Part shown: positions 41,780 to 55,335 of the stretch, piece after piece | How positions within the stretch are numbered: position 1 is the first letter of the stretch | Layout: every line of letters begins with the position of its first letter | Assembly: GCA_964016885.1 (NCBI GenBank) | Contig: OZ024747.1 | Span: 77,810,001 to 77,874,000 of the forward strand | Reading direction: 5' to 3' | DNA from: Eledone cirrhosa | Taxonomy: Eukaryota | Length of the DNA: 64,000 nt | Program-made: the position numbers and the translations under genes | Notes under the pieces: model-generated | What the model was told of the DNA's origin: nothing | The model's database searches: none | Seen by the model: only the letters and a program-made list of their open reading frames with translations

Positions 41780-41805
41780 ATGGATTGGGGAAACGATGCG
41801 GACAG
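41780..41805 (+). CDS. GRTP1: First coding exon of growth hormone-regulated TBC protein 1-like gene (MDWGNDAD-R)
   Basis: Polypyrimidine acceptor tttcctcttag|TTGCA, then ATG and a perfect donor CAG|gtaagt. The 26 coding nt leave phase 2, which matches the exon at 63116 (AG+G = Arg), giving MDWGNDADRKVDGYGFERS... Confidence 0.65.
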
Positions 41806-42056
41806 GTAAGTGCAATTTAATTAATGTTCACCACACACACACACACACTCTCTCTCTCTTTCTTGTACTTTCTCTTTTCTTCGTCTCGTTTCCAAGCACA
41901 TGTCGGACTGAAAGTGGGTGTCCAGTGTGTATTTATGTAATTTTGGTGGGAGGTTTTCATTAGCAACGTCCAACTGGCGTCCTTAGTGCAGTCAAGTGCT
42001 TGTTTAAATAAAAATCCAGCACATTAGTGAGATAAACAAACAACATACACACACAC

Positions 42057-42103
<47 letters not shown>

Positions 42104-42599
42104 GGTTCGGGGTTAATCAGTTAAAAAGGTACTCAATACGTTGGTAGAGTATAGGCATCTTTATTATTTATGTCTTTGCTATATATAATAAAGTCCCACA
42201 AAGGCCTATGAAGTATAGGCGAAAAATCACCTTACTTGTCTGTAAAGAATTCCATTTGTTCTTGTCGATAAACTATATTATAAAAGACCAAATTAGATAT
42301 AAGGAAGGCATCACCTTTCTATATATTACTGTGTTCTTAGTCGAGTCATTTTATGTTCTATTTACTACTTTCTAAAAGACTTTATGCTAAATTAAGAAAA
42401 TACAGACGGAATTATAAATAGCTGGAATTCTGGAGCACCGAACTATAACACCTTACTCTATTTAGTTGAAGGTACCACATAGTTTGGAATTAAAACATAA
42501 TTTACTGTATTTTATGAAATGACAATAGCAATAATATAATAATAATAAAAAGAAATAGATGTAAAATGTTGCTTCTCTCATTTTATTTATTTTACGATT

Positions 42600-42826
42600 A
42601 TTATTTGAATGGTAGAAACGACAGAAGCAGCTGATAAATTGCAGTGTAGTTCTTTTAGTTATGTCCCTTTACGTTCTGAGTTCAAATCTCGCCGAGTTTA
42701 GCTCTGCCTTTCATCATTACTGGGCCGATAAAATAAAGTACCAGTAACGCACTGGGGTCGATTTAATCGACTGCCCCTCCTCCTCTTCCAATTTCTGGCC
42801 TTGTGCCAAAAGTAGAAACAATTGTT
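42600..42826 (+). mobile_element. tRNA-derived SINE (family A)
   Basis: GAGTTCAAATCTCGCCGAG...GATAAAATAAAGTACCAGT...GGGGTCGATTTAATCGAC...CCTTGTGCCAAAAGTAGAAACAATT. Confidence 0.85.
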
Positions 42827-43294
42827 GTACATAACAGACTGTCAACCACCAGAGTCCAGACATGCCAACCTCTAAAAGCTCCGAACGGGGAGAAACGAGG
42901 CAAAATGGGGAGATTTTACATAATGAAAGCTATACCCATCTTCACAAGAGGACATCGCTCATCCACCCCAAAGTGGGTGGTAGATCTCTCTGTCGGACGG
43001 GGAGAGTTGACAAGTCTGAGAATCATAATGCCTTGTGGTATTCGGTTTTCTCTGTACATTCTGAGTTCAAACACTACTGAGACTGACTTTGTCTTCTACC
43101 CTTCTGCAGTTTATTCTGTTATCTACACCCTTCCTCTTGTCAAAACGTTAAAACTTACTATTACCCTTAAATTCATCAAGATTATTATAGTTTAAGGCCC
43201 AATTACTCTGTTAGCCATGGTTGAATGGTTATCACAGACTGGTTAGTACTCATGCAGAGCTACTGACCTCTCAGATATGGTACCTCAGGTCAGG

Positions 43295-44666
43295 CATTGA
43301 CCATGGTGTAGTTGACACTGTACCCCTGTCAAGAGTTGACCATGGTGTAGTTGACACTGTACCCCTGTCAAGAGTTGGCCATGGTGTAGTTGACACTGTA
43401 CCCCTGTCAAGAGTTGGCCATGGTGTAGTTGACACTGTTCCCCTGCCAAGAGTTGACCATGGTGTAGTTGACACAGTACCCCTGTCAAGAGTTGACCATG
43501 GTGTAGTTGACACGGTACCCCTGTCAAGAGTTGACCATGGTGTAGTTGACACGGTACCCCAGTCAGGAGTTGACCATGGTGTAGTTGACACTGTACCCCT
43601 GTCAAGAGTTGGCCATGGTGTAGTTGACACTGTACCCCTGTCAAGAGTTGGCCATGGTGTAGTTGACATGGTACCCCTGTCAAGAGTTGACCTTGATGTA
43701 GTTGACACAGTACCCCTGTCAAGAGTTGACCATGGTGTAGTTGACACTGCTCCCCTGTCAAGAGTTGACCATGGTGTAGTTGACACTGTACCCCTGTCAA
43801 GAGTTGACCATGGTGTAGTTGACACTGTACCCCTGTCAAGAGTTGACCATGGTGTAGTTGACACTGTACCCCTGTCAAGAGTTGGCCATGGTGTAGTTGA
43901 CACTGTTCCCCTGTCAAGAGTTGACCATGGTGTAGTTGACACTGTACCCCTGTCAAGAGTTGACCATGGTGTAGTTGACACTGTTCCCCTGTCAAGAGTT
44001 GACCATGGTGTAGTTGACACTGTTCCCCTGTCAAGAGTTGACCATGGTGTAGTTTACACAGTACCCCAGTCAGGAGTTGACCATGGTGTAGTTGACATGG
44101 TACCCCTGTCAAGAGTTGACCATGATGTAGTTGACATGGTACCCCTGTCAAGAGTTGACCATGGTGTAGTTGACACAGTACCCCAGTCAGGAGTTGACCA
44201 TGATGTAGTTGACACGGTACCCCTGTCAAGAATTGGCCATGGTGTAGTTGACATGGTACCCCTGTCAAGAGTTGGCCATGGTGTAGTTGACATGGTACCC
44301 CTGTCAAGAGTTGGCCATGGTGTAGTTGACACAGTACCCCAGTCAGGAGTTGACCATGGTGTAGTTGACATGGTACCCCTGTCAAGAGTTGACCATGGTG
44401 TAGTTGACATGGTACCCCTGTCAAGAGTTGACCATGGTGTAGTTGACACAGTACCCCAGTCAGGAGTTGACCATGATGTAGTTGACACTGTACCCCTGTC
44501 AAGAGTTGGCCATGGTGTAGTTGACATGGTACCCCTGTCAAGAGTTGACCATGATGTAGTTGACACGGTACCCCTGTCAAGAGTTGACCATGGTGTAGTT
44601 GACACGGTACCCCTGTCAAGAGTTGACCATGGTGTAGTTGACACGGCACCCCTGTCAAGAGTTGAC
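43295..44666. repeat. 39-bp minisatellite (GTTGACCATGGTGTAGTTGACACTGTACCCCTGTCAAGA), ~35 units, intronic
   Basis: Tandem units seen directly. A unit length divisible by 3 explains the 535-aa and 544-aa repetitive ORFs. Confidence 0.97.
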
Positions 44667-44679
44667 TGTAGAGGATTGT

Positions 44680-44837
44680 CTGTGTGCACTGTGTACATGT
44701 TTGTGTATATGTTGCATACATTGTCCATGTCTGAGAGTATGTGTTGTGTGCATGTCTATGTATATTTGTACATGTGTATGTATGATATGTATGTGTTTGA
44801 GTGCATGTCGGTATGTATATGTGTATGAGTATGTATG

Positions 44838-44886
<49 letters not shown>

Positions 44887-44935
44887 GTGTATGGATGATA
44901 TGTATGTGTTTGAGTGCATGTCTGTATGTATATGA

Positions 44936-44971
<36 letters not shown>

Positions 44972-45543
44972 GTCTGTATGAGTATCTATAGATGTGTAAT
45001 AGTATGTGTGTATATATATGTGTATGTATAATATGTAACCTGACTTATTCTCTTCATTTATAACATTTGCCTTACCAGAAAACAATAACATTTCCAACAC
45101 TGTTTAACATTTATCTCTGACCAGAAAGGACCTCATCAATCTGAAATTACTTTAACTTCCTGTAAGAAGAGGAGGTTCCCCATCTCTCTCTCTCTCTCTC
45201 TCTGAGTTTGTGTGTGTGTGTCTCTCTCTGTGTGTACGTGTCGCTGTATGTGTGTGTCTGTATGTGTGAGTGTAGTATGTATGTGTGTATATATATGTAT
45301 GTAAGTATATTGTGTATGTGTGTATCTAAGTGTCAGTATAGTATGTATGTGTTTATATATATATATGTATGTATGAGTGTGAAGACAAGTTCTCAGAATG
45401 TGAAATAAAAATGATGTAACAGCAATGGTCATGAATGTTGTTGTTGTTGTTGTCGTCGTCGTTGTTAACTATACTGATGATGGTGATAGTAGTGATATCA
45501 ATAGTAATGGCGTTGGTGACAATACTAGTGGTGTTATGGGTGT

Positions 45544-45602
<59 letters not shown>

Positions 45603-45783
45603 AAAGGTATATATTGAGTTAGAAACTCAAAACAGTCTCTTACAATTAAATAGCTCAAAGAAAGGTTTTTCTGAGCCGCGTAATATAAAAGGAATATAAA
45701 AGAGAGATAAACACAGATATAAACATACACGTACATGCACACACACTCATACATACATATATATAAACACATACATACCATAC

Positions 45784-45814
<31 letters not shown>

Positions 45815-45848
45815 GATACACACATACACAATATACTCGCATACATAC

Positions 45849-45885
<37 letters not shown>

Positions 45886-45890
45886 GTTAT
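44680..45890. repeat. Compound (TG)/(TA)/(CA)/(GTT) low-complexity region
   Basis: Seen directly. Confidence 0.9.
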
Positions 45891-45964
45891 GTTAATAAGT
45901 ATCGACCTACAGAATAATTTTAAACACAATACTGGTCAATAAAAATGTTAGGTAAATAAGTTAA

Positions 45965-46203
45965 CCCTTTTAATACCAACCCACCCAAAACTATCTCTTG
46001 TTTCTCTGAGACAAAACCACCTATTTTAAACGGTTCCTATCAAAATTTAAATATTCCAACATAATTTGACATAAGAACCTTTTATTATGTTACAAATACC
46101 ATCTTAATTATGAGATAATTAATAATTTTAGTAAACCTCTCCAAATTCTTCATTAATTAACTGAAATACGGTGTATTTAATTAGAAATATGGTAATGAAA
46201 GGG
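45965..46203. mobile_element. TTAA-flanked piggyBac-type MITE, family 2 (intact)
   Basis: TTAA|CCCTTTTAATACCA ... TGGTAATGAAAGGG|TTAA; homologous to 30248-30676. Confidence 0.8.
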
Positions 46204-46937
46204 TTAAAGAAAGAATGAAGAGTCAGGGTTTGATAATCGAATGGCTTCTATTATCAGAAGAAATCAAAACCAGAAGAAATAAAACTAATTAGTCTTTGAA
46301 TAAGGTAGATTACCTTTTGTCATTATGTATTCTTGGGTCTTGAATACCCCCCCCCCCACTCTCGCTTATTAATTTTTCAGATCACCCCACCCCCATCGAT
46401 CTTATTCCAGCTTATTAAATTTTGCTAATCTACCCTCGGCGAAATATTATTTTAGGTGGTAGCATTGCTGAGACAATTAATTTTCTTCATATGTTAAAAA
46501 ACATTATACATGTCAATAAAAGTATGTTACTAGAAATCCCATACGTTATAAAATAAATAGGATGGGTTGGGGTCTCAATATGTAAACTAAATGACAAATT
46601 CTGGTTTTTAAAAAAAGATCAATGGAGACAACCTAAAAAAAATCACTGATTTTCCAACTCCCCCTGGGACCAGAGAGTAGTTAGCTTTTTCTCTTCTACA
46701 TTCACAAATCTGGCGTTATCTTTCTACAACCTACCATCTTGTTACTGAATCAGTCTTTGTCTTCACTTTGGTACTAGCATAAACAAATGATTTATAATAA
46801 TATTAATGTTCACACTGAAACCTTCCATATTACCTTTGTAGATAAAATATACAATTGAAAGAAGTTGATAATTTTCCTGATGACATTAGCATTATAAGTT
46901 ATAACTTTCATGGAATTGAACCAGTCAGATATATATA

Positions 46938-47102
46938 ATAATTGTTTCTACATTTGGTATAAAGCCAGCAATTACCCAGTACATTACTGGTACTTTATTT
47001 TATCGACCCTGTAAGTATGAAAGGCAAAGTTAATCTCGGCGGGATTTGAACTCAGATCATTAAGGGACGTAACTATGCTGGAAAGCATGGCATCCGACTC
47101 TC

Positions 47103-47104
<2 letters not shown>
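46938..47104 (-). mobile_element. tRNA-derived SINE (family A), head truncated
   Basis: Reverse copy; first of a tandem pair. Confidence 0.85.
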
Positions 47105-47143
<39 letters not shown>

Positions 47144-47149
47144 AATAAT

Positions 47150-47333
47150 AATAATTTTCTACTTTTTGGCACAAGGCCAGCAATTACCCAGTGCATTACT
47201 GGTACTTTATTTTATCGACCCCAGAAGGATGAAAGGCGAAGTTAACCTCGGCGGGATTTGAACTCGGATCATACAGGGAGGTAACTATGCTTCAAAGCAT
47301 GGCATCCGACCCTCTACCGATACTGCCAATCCA
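47150..47333 (-). mobile_element. tRNA-derived SINE (family A)
   Basis: Reverse copy ending CCGATACTGCCAATCCA, the reverse complement of the head at 30259. Confidence 0.88.
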
Positions 47334-47522
47334 AATAATAATAATATCAGCAAATTGTCAGACCAGAGAAACAATATTTCATTGGTTTTTCCATTGCTGA
47401 TATTATCAATCAGTTGCAACTTCTGGCAGTTTCATAATGTCTGTTTTCCATGAGATTAGATTACTTAATAGCAAACCTCTTGAAACTACACTTTGTTCTT
47501 TAATCAGAACTGTTTGTTTTAA

Positions 47523-47689
47523 CCCTTTAGCATTTACATTACTTTATATTTACTATTGTATTTTCACAGTAAAGGTTTTATCTCACATAATATCAAAATC
47601 TGTTTGAACAGAAAGAGGCAAGAGAATTCTGGCCAGATACAGCCATGAAAATATAATAGTAAATATAGAGTAATGTAAATGCTAAAGGG
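47523..47689. mobile_element. TTAA-flanked piggyBac-type MITE, family 1 (unexpanded, 167 bp)
   Basis: ~44-bp TIRs CCCTTTAGCATTTACATTACT(T/C)TATATTTACTATT(G/A)TATTTTCA, with TTAA on both sides. Confidence 0.9.
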
Positions 47690-48269
47690 TTAAAGTGCCC
47701 AACACATACCAAATGTCCCAATGGCTCTGTATAACTTTAACAGGAGTTACGAATCCATACTACATATTTCATATCACAATTTGTAAACACTAACATCTTT
47801 CATTTCTGGTTTCTAACTTAGAATTTAAAGTTACATAACTAAACACTGCAAGACATTTTTTCCCATTGTTCTATCAACCCTGTCATGCACAAATCTTTAT
47901 AGTATTAGCCATGGCATTATCATTAGTTAATGTCAGACTGCTGGCACTGTGATGAAACCTGACCTACATTACCAAGAATATTTTGGGTGGTGCCAGATGT
48001 GCTTGTTATACTTAACATATGCAGATCTAATATCAGTTAACTTTTAAAACAATATATTTATTTAATTTTTCTGTTTAGTATCAAACTAGTTTAATTTGTA
48101 CTGGTTTAACATTGGTTACAATATTTCTAATAAAACACAGCCATCAATTTTCAAATCATTTTGAAAATAATCGAGGATTTAGTAATATAACTAGCTTTCT
48201 CTTCATTTGTTTGGTGTTTGGAATAAAACTTAGTCACCGACGACCTGACCATTTAACAGGTTGAACTGT

Positions 48270-48412
48270 ATCTAAGTCTAAAGTCTGTCTCAAGCTGAAA
48301 GGCTCATTAGGCCGGTGCTTATCCTGATTTTGTGGCGTGAAGCAACTGAAATTACAAGACTCGCTCCTGGTCAGGACGCCAGTCCAGCGCAGGGTTAAAG
48401 TCTGTCTCGAGC
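48270..48412 (-). mobile_element. Nin/Deu-like SINE 3' fragment
   Basis: TCTAAGTCTAAAGTCTGTCTC...GGTGCTTATCC..TTTGTGGCGTGAAGC is the reverse complement of 32140-32256. Confidence 0.65.
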
Positions 48413-50569
48413 TCAAACAGTTGACATTGATACACAAACAAAACTTTTTAGGTCTGCAAACCATTTAAAGTATGTACCATATAATTAGTTTCCTTTGTGA
48501 CAATTGACATAAAATAATCTTTGAAATCTTCTCATGCAGGTTTCTCTGTATACATTTCCCTATCTCCAATCAATGAGTCATGTTTTGGCTGCAAAATGTT
48601 TAGTAGCATGTTTTTCTGTCATTCATTATTGAATAAATTTCCATAGAATCATCTCGACAAGGTATGCCAATATTAAACCAATTTGCATATTCTGATATCA
48701 AGGAAATCAAATTAGAACCATGCATATATGGACCCATAACTCCTGATGGAGTTATAAGGGTGACGTATTGACATACAGCATTTCTAGGGAATTTTTCTAA
48801 AACCTGGCAAAGGCCATCTCCTCTCCAGGCAAATTAGAAGGCAACCAACCAAACATCTTTTCACAGTCTAGAGTCAGAGACTTGTCTATTTTAAAAATGT
48901 AATATTTGGGTTTATATTTTTTAATCTTGAAAACACTGAAATATGTGACCCACTAATATTATTTGCTCCACCTGTTTCAAGTTCAATACAATTATTTATA
49001 TCAATATTATTTCTTGTTTTAAAAAGAAATATGTTCAGTTGCATTCTGAAGACTTTTTCCAGTTATTGATATAATAGGAATTGTTACTGAAAGTATTCCT
49101 ATAAATATCAAAGAAGTACTAACTTCTTTGATATATATAGAAAAAATACTCCTTCTCCACCTCATATACAATCACATGAATTTTGTGAGGCTTATTTCAG
49201 CTGATTCATCAATTAAAATTCAATAATTAATAATGAGTATATTGACTTTTTTCTAGGTCATCGACTAGTTCTTCATACTAAGTCAGGACAATAACATTCT
49301 TGATTAGACTTGATATGTTTTGTTCACTGTAACTTAATCTTTTCATGTATATCTCTTTACTGTAAGTTATTTAATAGTATTGCTGATCTATAGCAAATAC
49401 TGCAATGACATGGTTTTTGTTTAGCTTGAAATATTTCATTCCTGTATTTTGGGGTAAATGTGTTAATATAAATGTGTTCAATGTTTGATTTCAGTTTGTT
49501 CAATTATTAGCAATCCTTCCTGTTTTAAAAAGAATAAATTAAATTTACAGTTCACACCTATACAGGTTTCATTGATCTCCTGTGAAGTTGTATCTCAAGG
49601 GAGGGTTCTGGAAGAGGGTGTGTGTGTGGGGGGGGGGGTTTAATGGTAGGTGTCCCATCATTCAGTTGTCCTCATGACAAACAGTGTGAAATGATATATG
49701 GCATCTGGTCTAGGTCTTTGAAACCATGACATTATGTTGAGTCCAATACCCTAACCCTAACCACAGGCAATGATTTTTCATAATCCATTAGATCAGACTT
49801 ACACTTATTGGTTAGTACACAGTTAAAACACCTGGATACTGCATTCTAAGTACTGGTGACTTCAGTAAATTATGTCAGGTAAAAATATTCTTTCACTATA
49901 GTAATACTGATATCCTCCTTGTATTATAAACCTTTAACTAATCTGTTAACGTGGAAGTAGGGCAGCAAATTGGTAGAATTTAAAATTCAATAGAAATGCT
50001 GTATGTCAATATGGCACCCCTACGACTCCCTCAAGAGTTAAGGAACCATGCATGCTCTAATGGAACACTAATGATGGAATACAATATAATAAAGACTGGA
50101 AATATCAGTTGTGGGTTTTACTATATACCGCACAATGCTTTGTATTGACTACACTACTCTATAATATAATATATATCATCATTATCATTTTATGCCCAGT
50201 TTTCCATGCTGGTGCAGTGTTTAGTATATAGAAGTTTTTCATTGGTTTCTTAAAAAACCTTGTTGCTGCTGCATAAAATAAAATCTAAGAAAAGCACCAA
50301 CTATATGTCTGAATTTTAGAAATTCCTTTTTGGAAAAATAAAATAAATAAATTGCATTTTTGGAAATTTTTATGCTACAAACAAAATATATTTTAAACAT
50401 TTTTCCAAATTATATGAAACTAGAAGAATTATTTGCATGACTGTTTCCAAGAATAATTAAATAAATAATTATTTTCTCATAAAATTGTGATATGTTATAC
50501 ATAAAATTAACTTTAATGAATTAACCTGAGAGAATTTCTGTTACTCTTAGCAACAGTTTTATAAATACT

Positions 50570-50895
50570 AACTGGTATTCCGTCAGTTATGATGGTGAGT
50601 GTTCCAGTTGATACAATCAATGGAACAGCCTGCTTGGGAAATTAACATACAAGTGGCTGAGCATTCTACAAACACGTGTGCTTAATTTAGTTCTCAGGGA
50701 GATTCAGTGTGACACAGAATGTGACAAGTCTGATCTTTCAAATTATAGGTACAACTCATTTTTTCCAGCTTAATGGACTGAAGCAACGTAAGGTAAAGTG
50801 TCTTGCTCAAGAACACATTGCGCCACCAGGAATTGAACTCACAACCTTATTATTGGGAACCAAATACCCTAACAACAAAGACACACACCTTCACA
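50570..50895 (-). mobile_element. tRNA-derived SINE (family B-type head)
   Basis: AAAGTGTCTTGCTCAAGAACAC...GGAATTGAACTCACAACC...CCCTAACAAC reverse tRNA-like head with a long body. Confidence 0.8.
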
Positions 50896-50899
50896 TAAA

Positions 50900-51990
50900 T
50901 ATTGTATACAGTATATATAATGTACAGTATATATAGTATATATAATGTTGATGTATATAGTATATATCATTGTTTGTACTTTTGGCACAAGGCCAGCAAT
51001 TTACTCAGTACATTACTGGTACTTTATTTTATATACAGTATATATAATGCAGTATTATATATAGTATATATATAATGTACTTGTATATAGCATATATAAT
51101 GCTGTTATATATAGTATATATAATGTAGTATTGTATATAGTGTATATATAATGTATTGTATATAGTGTATATATAATGTAGTATTGTATATAGTGTATAT
51201 ATAATGTAGTATTGTATATAGTGTATATATAATGTAGTATTGTATATAGTGTATATATAATGTAGTATTGTATATAGTGTATATATAATGTAGTATTGTA
51301 TATAGTGTATATATAATGTAGTATTGTATATAGTGTATATATAATGTAGTATTGTATATAGTGTATATATAATATAGTATTGTATATAGTATATATAATA
51401 TAGTATTGTATATAGTATATATAATATAGTATTGTATATAGTGTATATATAATATAGTAGTGTATATTGTATATAGTATATATAATGCTGTTGTATATAG
51501 TGTATATAAAATGTAGTATTGTATATAGTATATATAATGCTGTTGTATATAGTGTATATAAAATGTAGTATTGTATATAGTATATATAATGCTGTTGTAT
51601 ATAGTATATATAATGCAGTATTGTATATAGTCTATAATGCTGTTGTATATAGTATATATAATACTGTTGTATATAGTATATATAATACTGTTGTATATAG
51701 TATATATAATGCAGTATTGTATATAGTATATATAATTGTTTCTACGTTAGGCACAAAGCCAGCAATTACCCAGTGTATTACTGGTACTTTATTTTATCGA
51801 CCCCGTAAGGATGAAAGGCAAAGTCAACCTCGGCGGGATTTGAACTCAGACCGTAAAGGGACTTAACTATGCTGGAAAGTATATAGTATATATAATGCTG
51901 TTGTATATAGTATATATAATGCAGCATTGTATATAGTATATATAATGCAATATTGTATATAGTCTATAATGCTGTTGTATATATATTGCA
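50900..51990. repeat. AT-rich ~29-bp minisatellite (TATATAGTGTATATATAATGTAGTATTG) with embedded family-A SINE fragments (50968-51032, 51733-51878)
   Basis: Seen directly. Confidence 0.85.
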
Positions 51991-52191
51991 GCATTGTATA
52001 GAAGTTTACATCTGATACGCAAAACATCTAGAAATTCCAACATATTTATAATACACCCTCCTTTTCTGCTTATTAAAAGGGCGTTTTAAATATAATATTC
52101 TGATATTTGTTAGGTCGTGTTGACAGAAATGAGTATAGAGTTAATATCTAAATCAATGGTTCTCAATCTTTTCACTGTAAAAGATTGCCTC

Positions 52192-52410
52192 ATGGTTATG
52201 GCAGGGCATTGCTCAGATGATAGAAAGCTCAGTAAAGAATGGTTATGGCAGGGCATTGCTCAGATGATAGAAAGCTCAGTAAAGAATGGTTATGGCAGGG
52301 CATTGCTCAGATGATAGAAAGCTCAGTAAAGAAGAATGGAGAATCATGAATTGTGGAGAGACTTTGTCAGGAATGTTTGACTGGTCACAAGGATGATGAT
52401 GATGATTGAT
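52192..52410 (+). mobile_element. 3' end of an RTE-like LINE with a 47-bp triplication and (GAT)n tail
   Basis: TCAGATGATAGAAAGCTCAGTAAAG...GAGACTTTGTCAGGAAT is homologous to 55252-55332; ends in GATGATGATGAT. Confidence 0.6.
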
Positions 52411-52418
52411 CTCTTTAT

Positions 52419-55207
52419 CTATTGTGGGAACCAACTTATAGGAGACAGTAGAGGAAGTTATACACAAGTTACTATTGTGGGAACCAACTTATGGGAGACA
52501 CAGTAGAGGAAGTTATACACAAGTTAGTATTGTGGGAACCAACTTATAGGAGACAGTAGAGGAAGTTATACACAAGTTACTATTGTGGGAACCAACTTAT
52601 GGGAGACACAGTAGAGGAAGTTATACACAAGTTACTATTGTGGGAACCAACTTATAGGAGACAGTAGAGGAAGTTATACACAAGTTACTATTGTGGGAAC
52701 CAACTTATAGGAGACAGTAGAGGAAGTTATACACAAGTTACTATTGTGGGAACCAACTTATAGGAGACAGTAGAGGAAGTTATACACAAGATACTATTGT
52801 GGGAACCAACTTATAGGAGACACAGTAGAGGAAGTTATACACAAGATACTATTGTGGGAACCAACTTATGGGAGACACAGGAAGTTATACACAAGTTACT
52901 ATTGTGGGAACCAACTTATAGGAGACAGTAGAGGAAGTTATACACAAGTTACTATTGTGGGAACCAACTTATGGGAGACACAGTAGAGGAAGTTATACAC
53001 AAGTTACTATTGTGGGAACCAACTTATGGAGGACACAGTAGAGGAAGTTATACACAAGTTACTATTGTGGGAACCAACTTATAGGAGACAGTAGAGGAAG
53101 TTATACACAAGTTACTATTGTGGGAACCAACTTATAGGAGACAGAAGTTATACACAAGTTACTATTGTGGGAACCAACTCACGGGAGACACAGTAGAGGA
53201 AGTTATACACAAGATACTATTGTGGGAACCAACTTATGGGAGACACAGAGGAAGTTATACACAAGTTACTATTGTGGGAAGCAACTTATAGGAGACACAG
53301 TAGAGGAAGTTATACACAAGTTACTATTGTGGGAACCAACTTATAGGAGACAGTAGAGTAAGTTATACACAAGTTACTATTGTGGGAACCAACTTATAGG
53401 AGACAGTAGAGGAAGTTATACACAAGATACTATTGTGGGAACCAACTTATAGGAGACACAGTAGAGGAAGTTATACACAAGTTACTATTGTGGGAACCAA
53501 CTTATAGGAGACAGTAGAGTAAGTTATACACAAGTTACTATTGTGGGAACCAACTTATAGGAGACACAGTAGAGGAAGTTATACACAAGTTACTATTGTG
53601 GGAACCAACTCACGGGAGACACAGTAGAGGAAGTTATACACAAGACACTATTGTGGGAACCAACTTATGGGAGACACAGAGGAAGTTATACACAAGTTAC
53701 TATTGTGGGAACCAACTCACAGGAGACACAGTAGAGGAAGTTATACACAAGTTACTATTGTGGGAACCAACTTATAGGAGACAGTAGAGTAAGTTATACA
53801 CAAGTTACTATTGTGGGAACCAACTTATAGGAGACACAGTAGAGTAAGTTATACACAAGTTACTATTGTGGGAACCAACTTATAGGAGACAGTAGAGGAA
53901 GTTATACACAAGATACTATTGTGGGAACCAACTTATAGGAGACACAGTAGAGGAAGTTATACACAAGTTACTATTGTGGGAACCAACTCACTGGAGACAC
54001 AGTAGAGGAAGTTATACACAAGTTACTATTGTGGGAACCAACTTATAGGAGACAGAAGTTATACACAAGTTACTATTGTGGGAACTTACGGGAGACAGTA
54101 GAGGAAGTTATACACAAGTTACTATTGTGGGAACTTACGGGAGACACAGTTGAGGAAGTTATACACAAGTTACTATTGTGGGAACTTACGGGAGACACAG
54201 TAGAGGAAGTTATACACAAGTTACTATTGTGGGAACCAACTTATAGGAGACACAGTAGAGGAAGTTATACACAAGTTACTATTGTGGGAACCAACTTATA
54301 GGAGACAGTAGAGGAAGTTATACACAAGTTACTATTGTGGGAACCAACTTATGGGAGACACAGAGGAAGTTATACACAAGTTACTATTGTGGGAATGGGA
54401 ACCAACTCACTGGAGACACAGTAGAGGAAGTTATACACAAGTTACTATTGTGGGAACCAACTTATAGGAGACAGTAGAGGAAGTTATACACAAGTTACTA
54501 TTGTGGGAACCAACTCACGGGAGACACAGTAGAGGAAGTTATACACAAGTTACTATTGTGGAAACCAACTTATAGGAGACACAGGAAGTTATACACAAGT
54601 TACTATTGTGGGAACCAACTTATAGGAGACACAGTAGAGTAAGTTATACACAAGTTACTATTGTGGGAACCAACTTATGGGAGACAGTAGAAGTTATACA
54701 CAAGTTACTATTGTGGGAACCAACTTATAGGAGACAGTAGAGGAAGTTATACACAAGTTACTATTGTGGGAACCAACTCACGGGAGACACAGTAGAGGAA
54801 GTTATACACAAGTTACTATTGTGGGAACCAACTTATGGGAGACACTGAGGAAGTTATACACAAGTTACTATTGTGGGAACCAACTTATGGGAGACAGTAG
54901 AGGAAGTTATACACAAGTTACTACTGTGGGAACTTACGGGAGACACAGTAGAGGAAGTTATACACAAGATACTATTGTGGGAACCAACTCATGGGAAACA
55001 GTAGAGGAAGTTATACACAAGTTACTATTGTGGGAACCAACTCATGGGAAACAGTAGAGGAAGTTATACACAAGATACTATTGTGGGAACCAACTCATGG
55101 GAAACAGTAGAGGAAGTTATACACAAGATACTATTGTGGGAACCAACTCATGGGAAACAGTAGAGGAAATTATACACAAGATACTATTGTGGGAACCAAC
55201 TCACAGG
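52419..55207. repeat. 53/55-bp minisatellite (CTATTGTGGGAACCAACTTATAGGAGAC(AC)AGTAGAGGAAGTTATACACAAGTTA), ~52 units
   Basis: Tandem units seen directly. Confidence 0.97.
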
Positions 55208-55335
55208 AGATGTTGTAGAGGAAGACCTGCTCGAACCTTCATCAATCAACTCTCAGACAATACAAACCTCAGTAAGGAGCAGTTGCCAGGAGAAATGGTA
55301 AATTGTGGACTGTAGAGACTTTGTCAGGAATCTTT
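55160..55335 (+). pseudogene. Degenerate C-terminal coding tail of an RTE-clade LINE ORF
   Basis: Translation EEIIHKILLWEPTHRRCCRGRPARTFINQLSDNT fits the RTE-type 'LLW.P..G.R.RGRP..T' C-terminal motif. Confidence 0.7.

Noticed and set aside
49748-49762. CCCTAACCCTAACC interstitial telomere
   Set aside because: Only two copies; expected by chance or as a transposon remnant.
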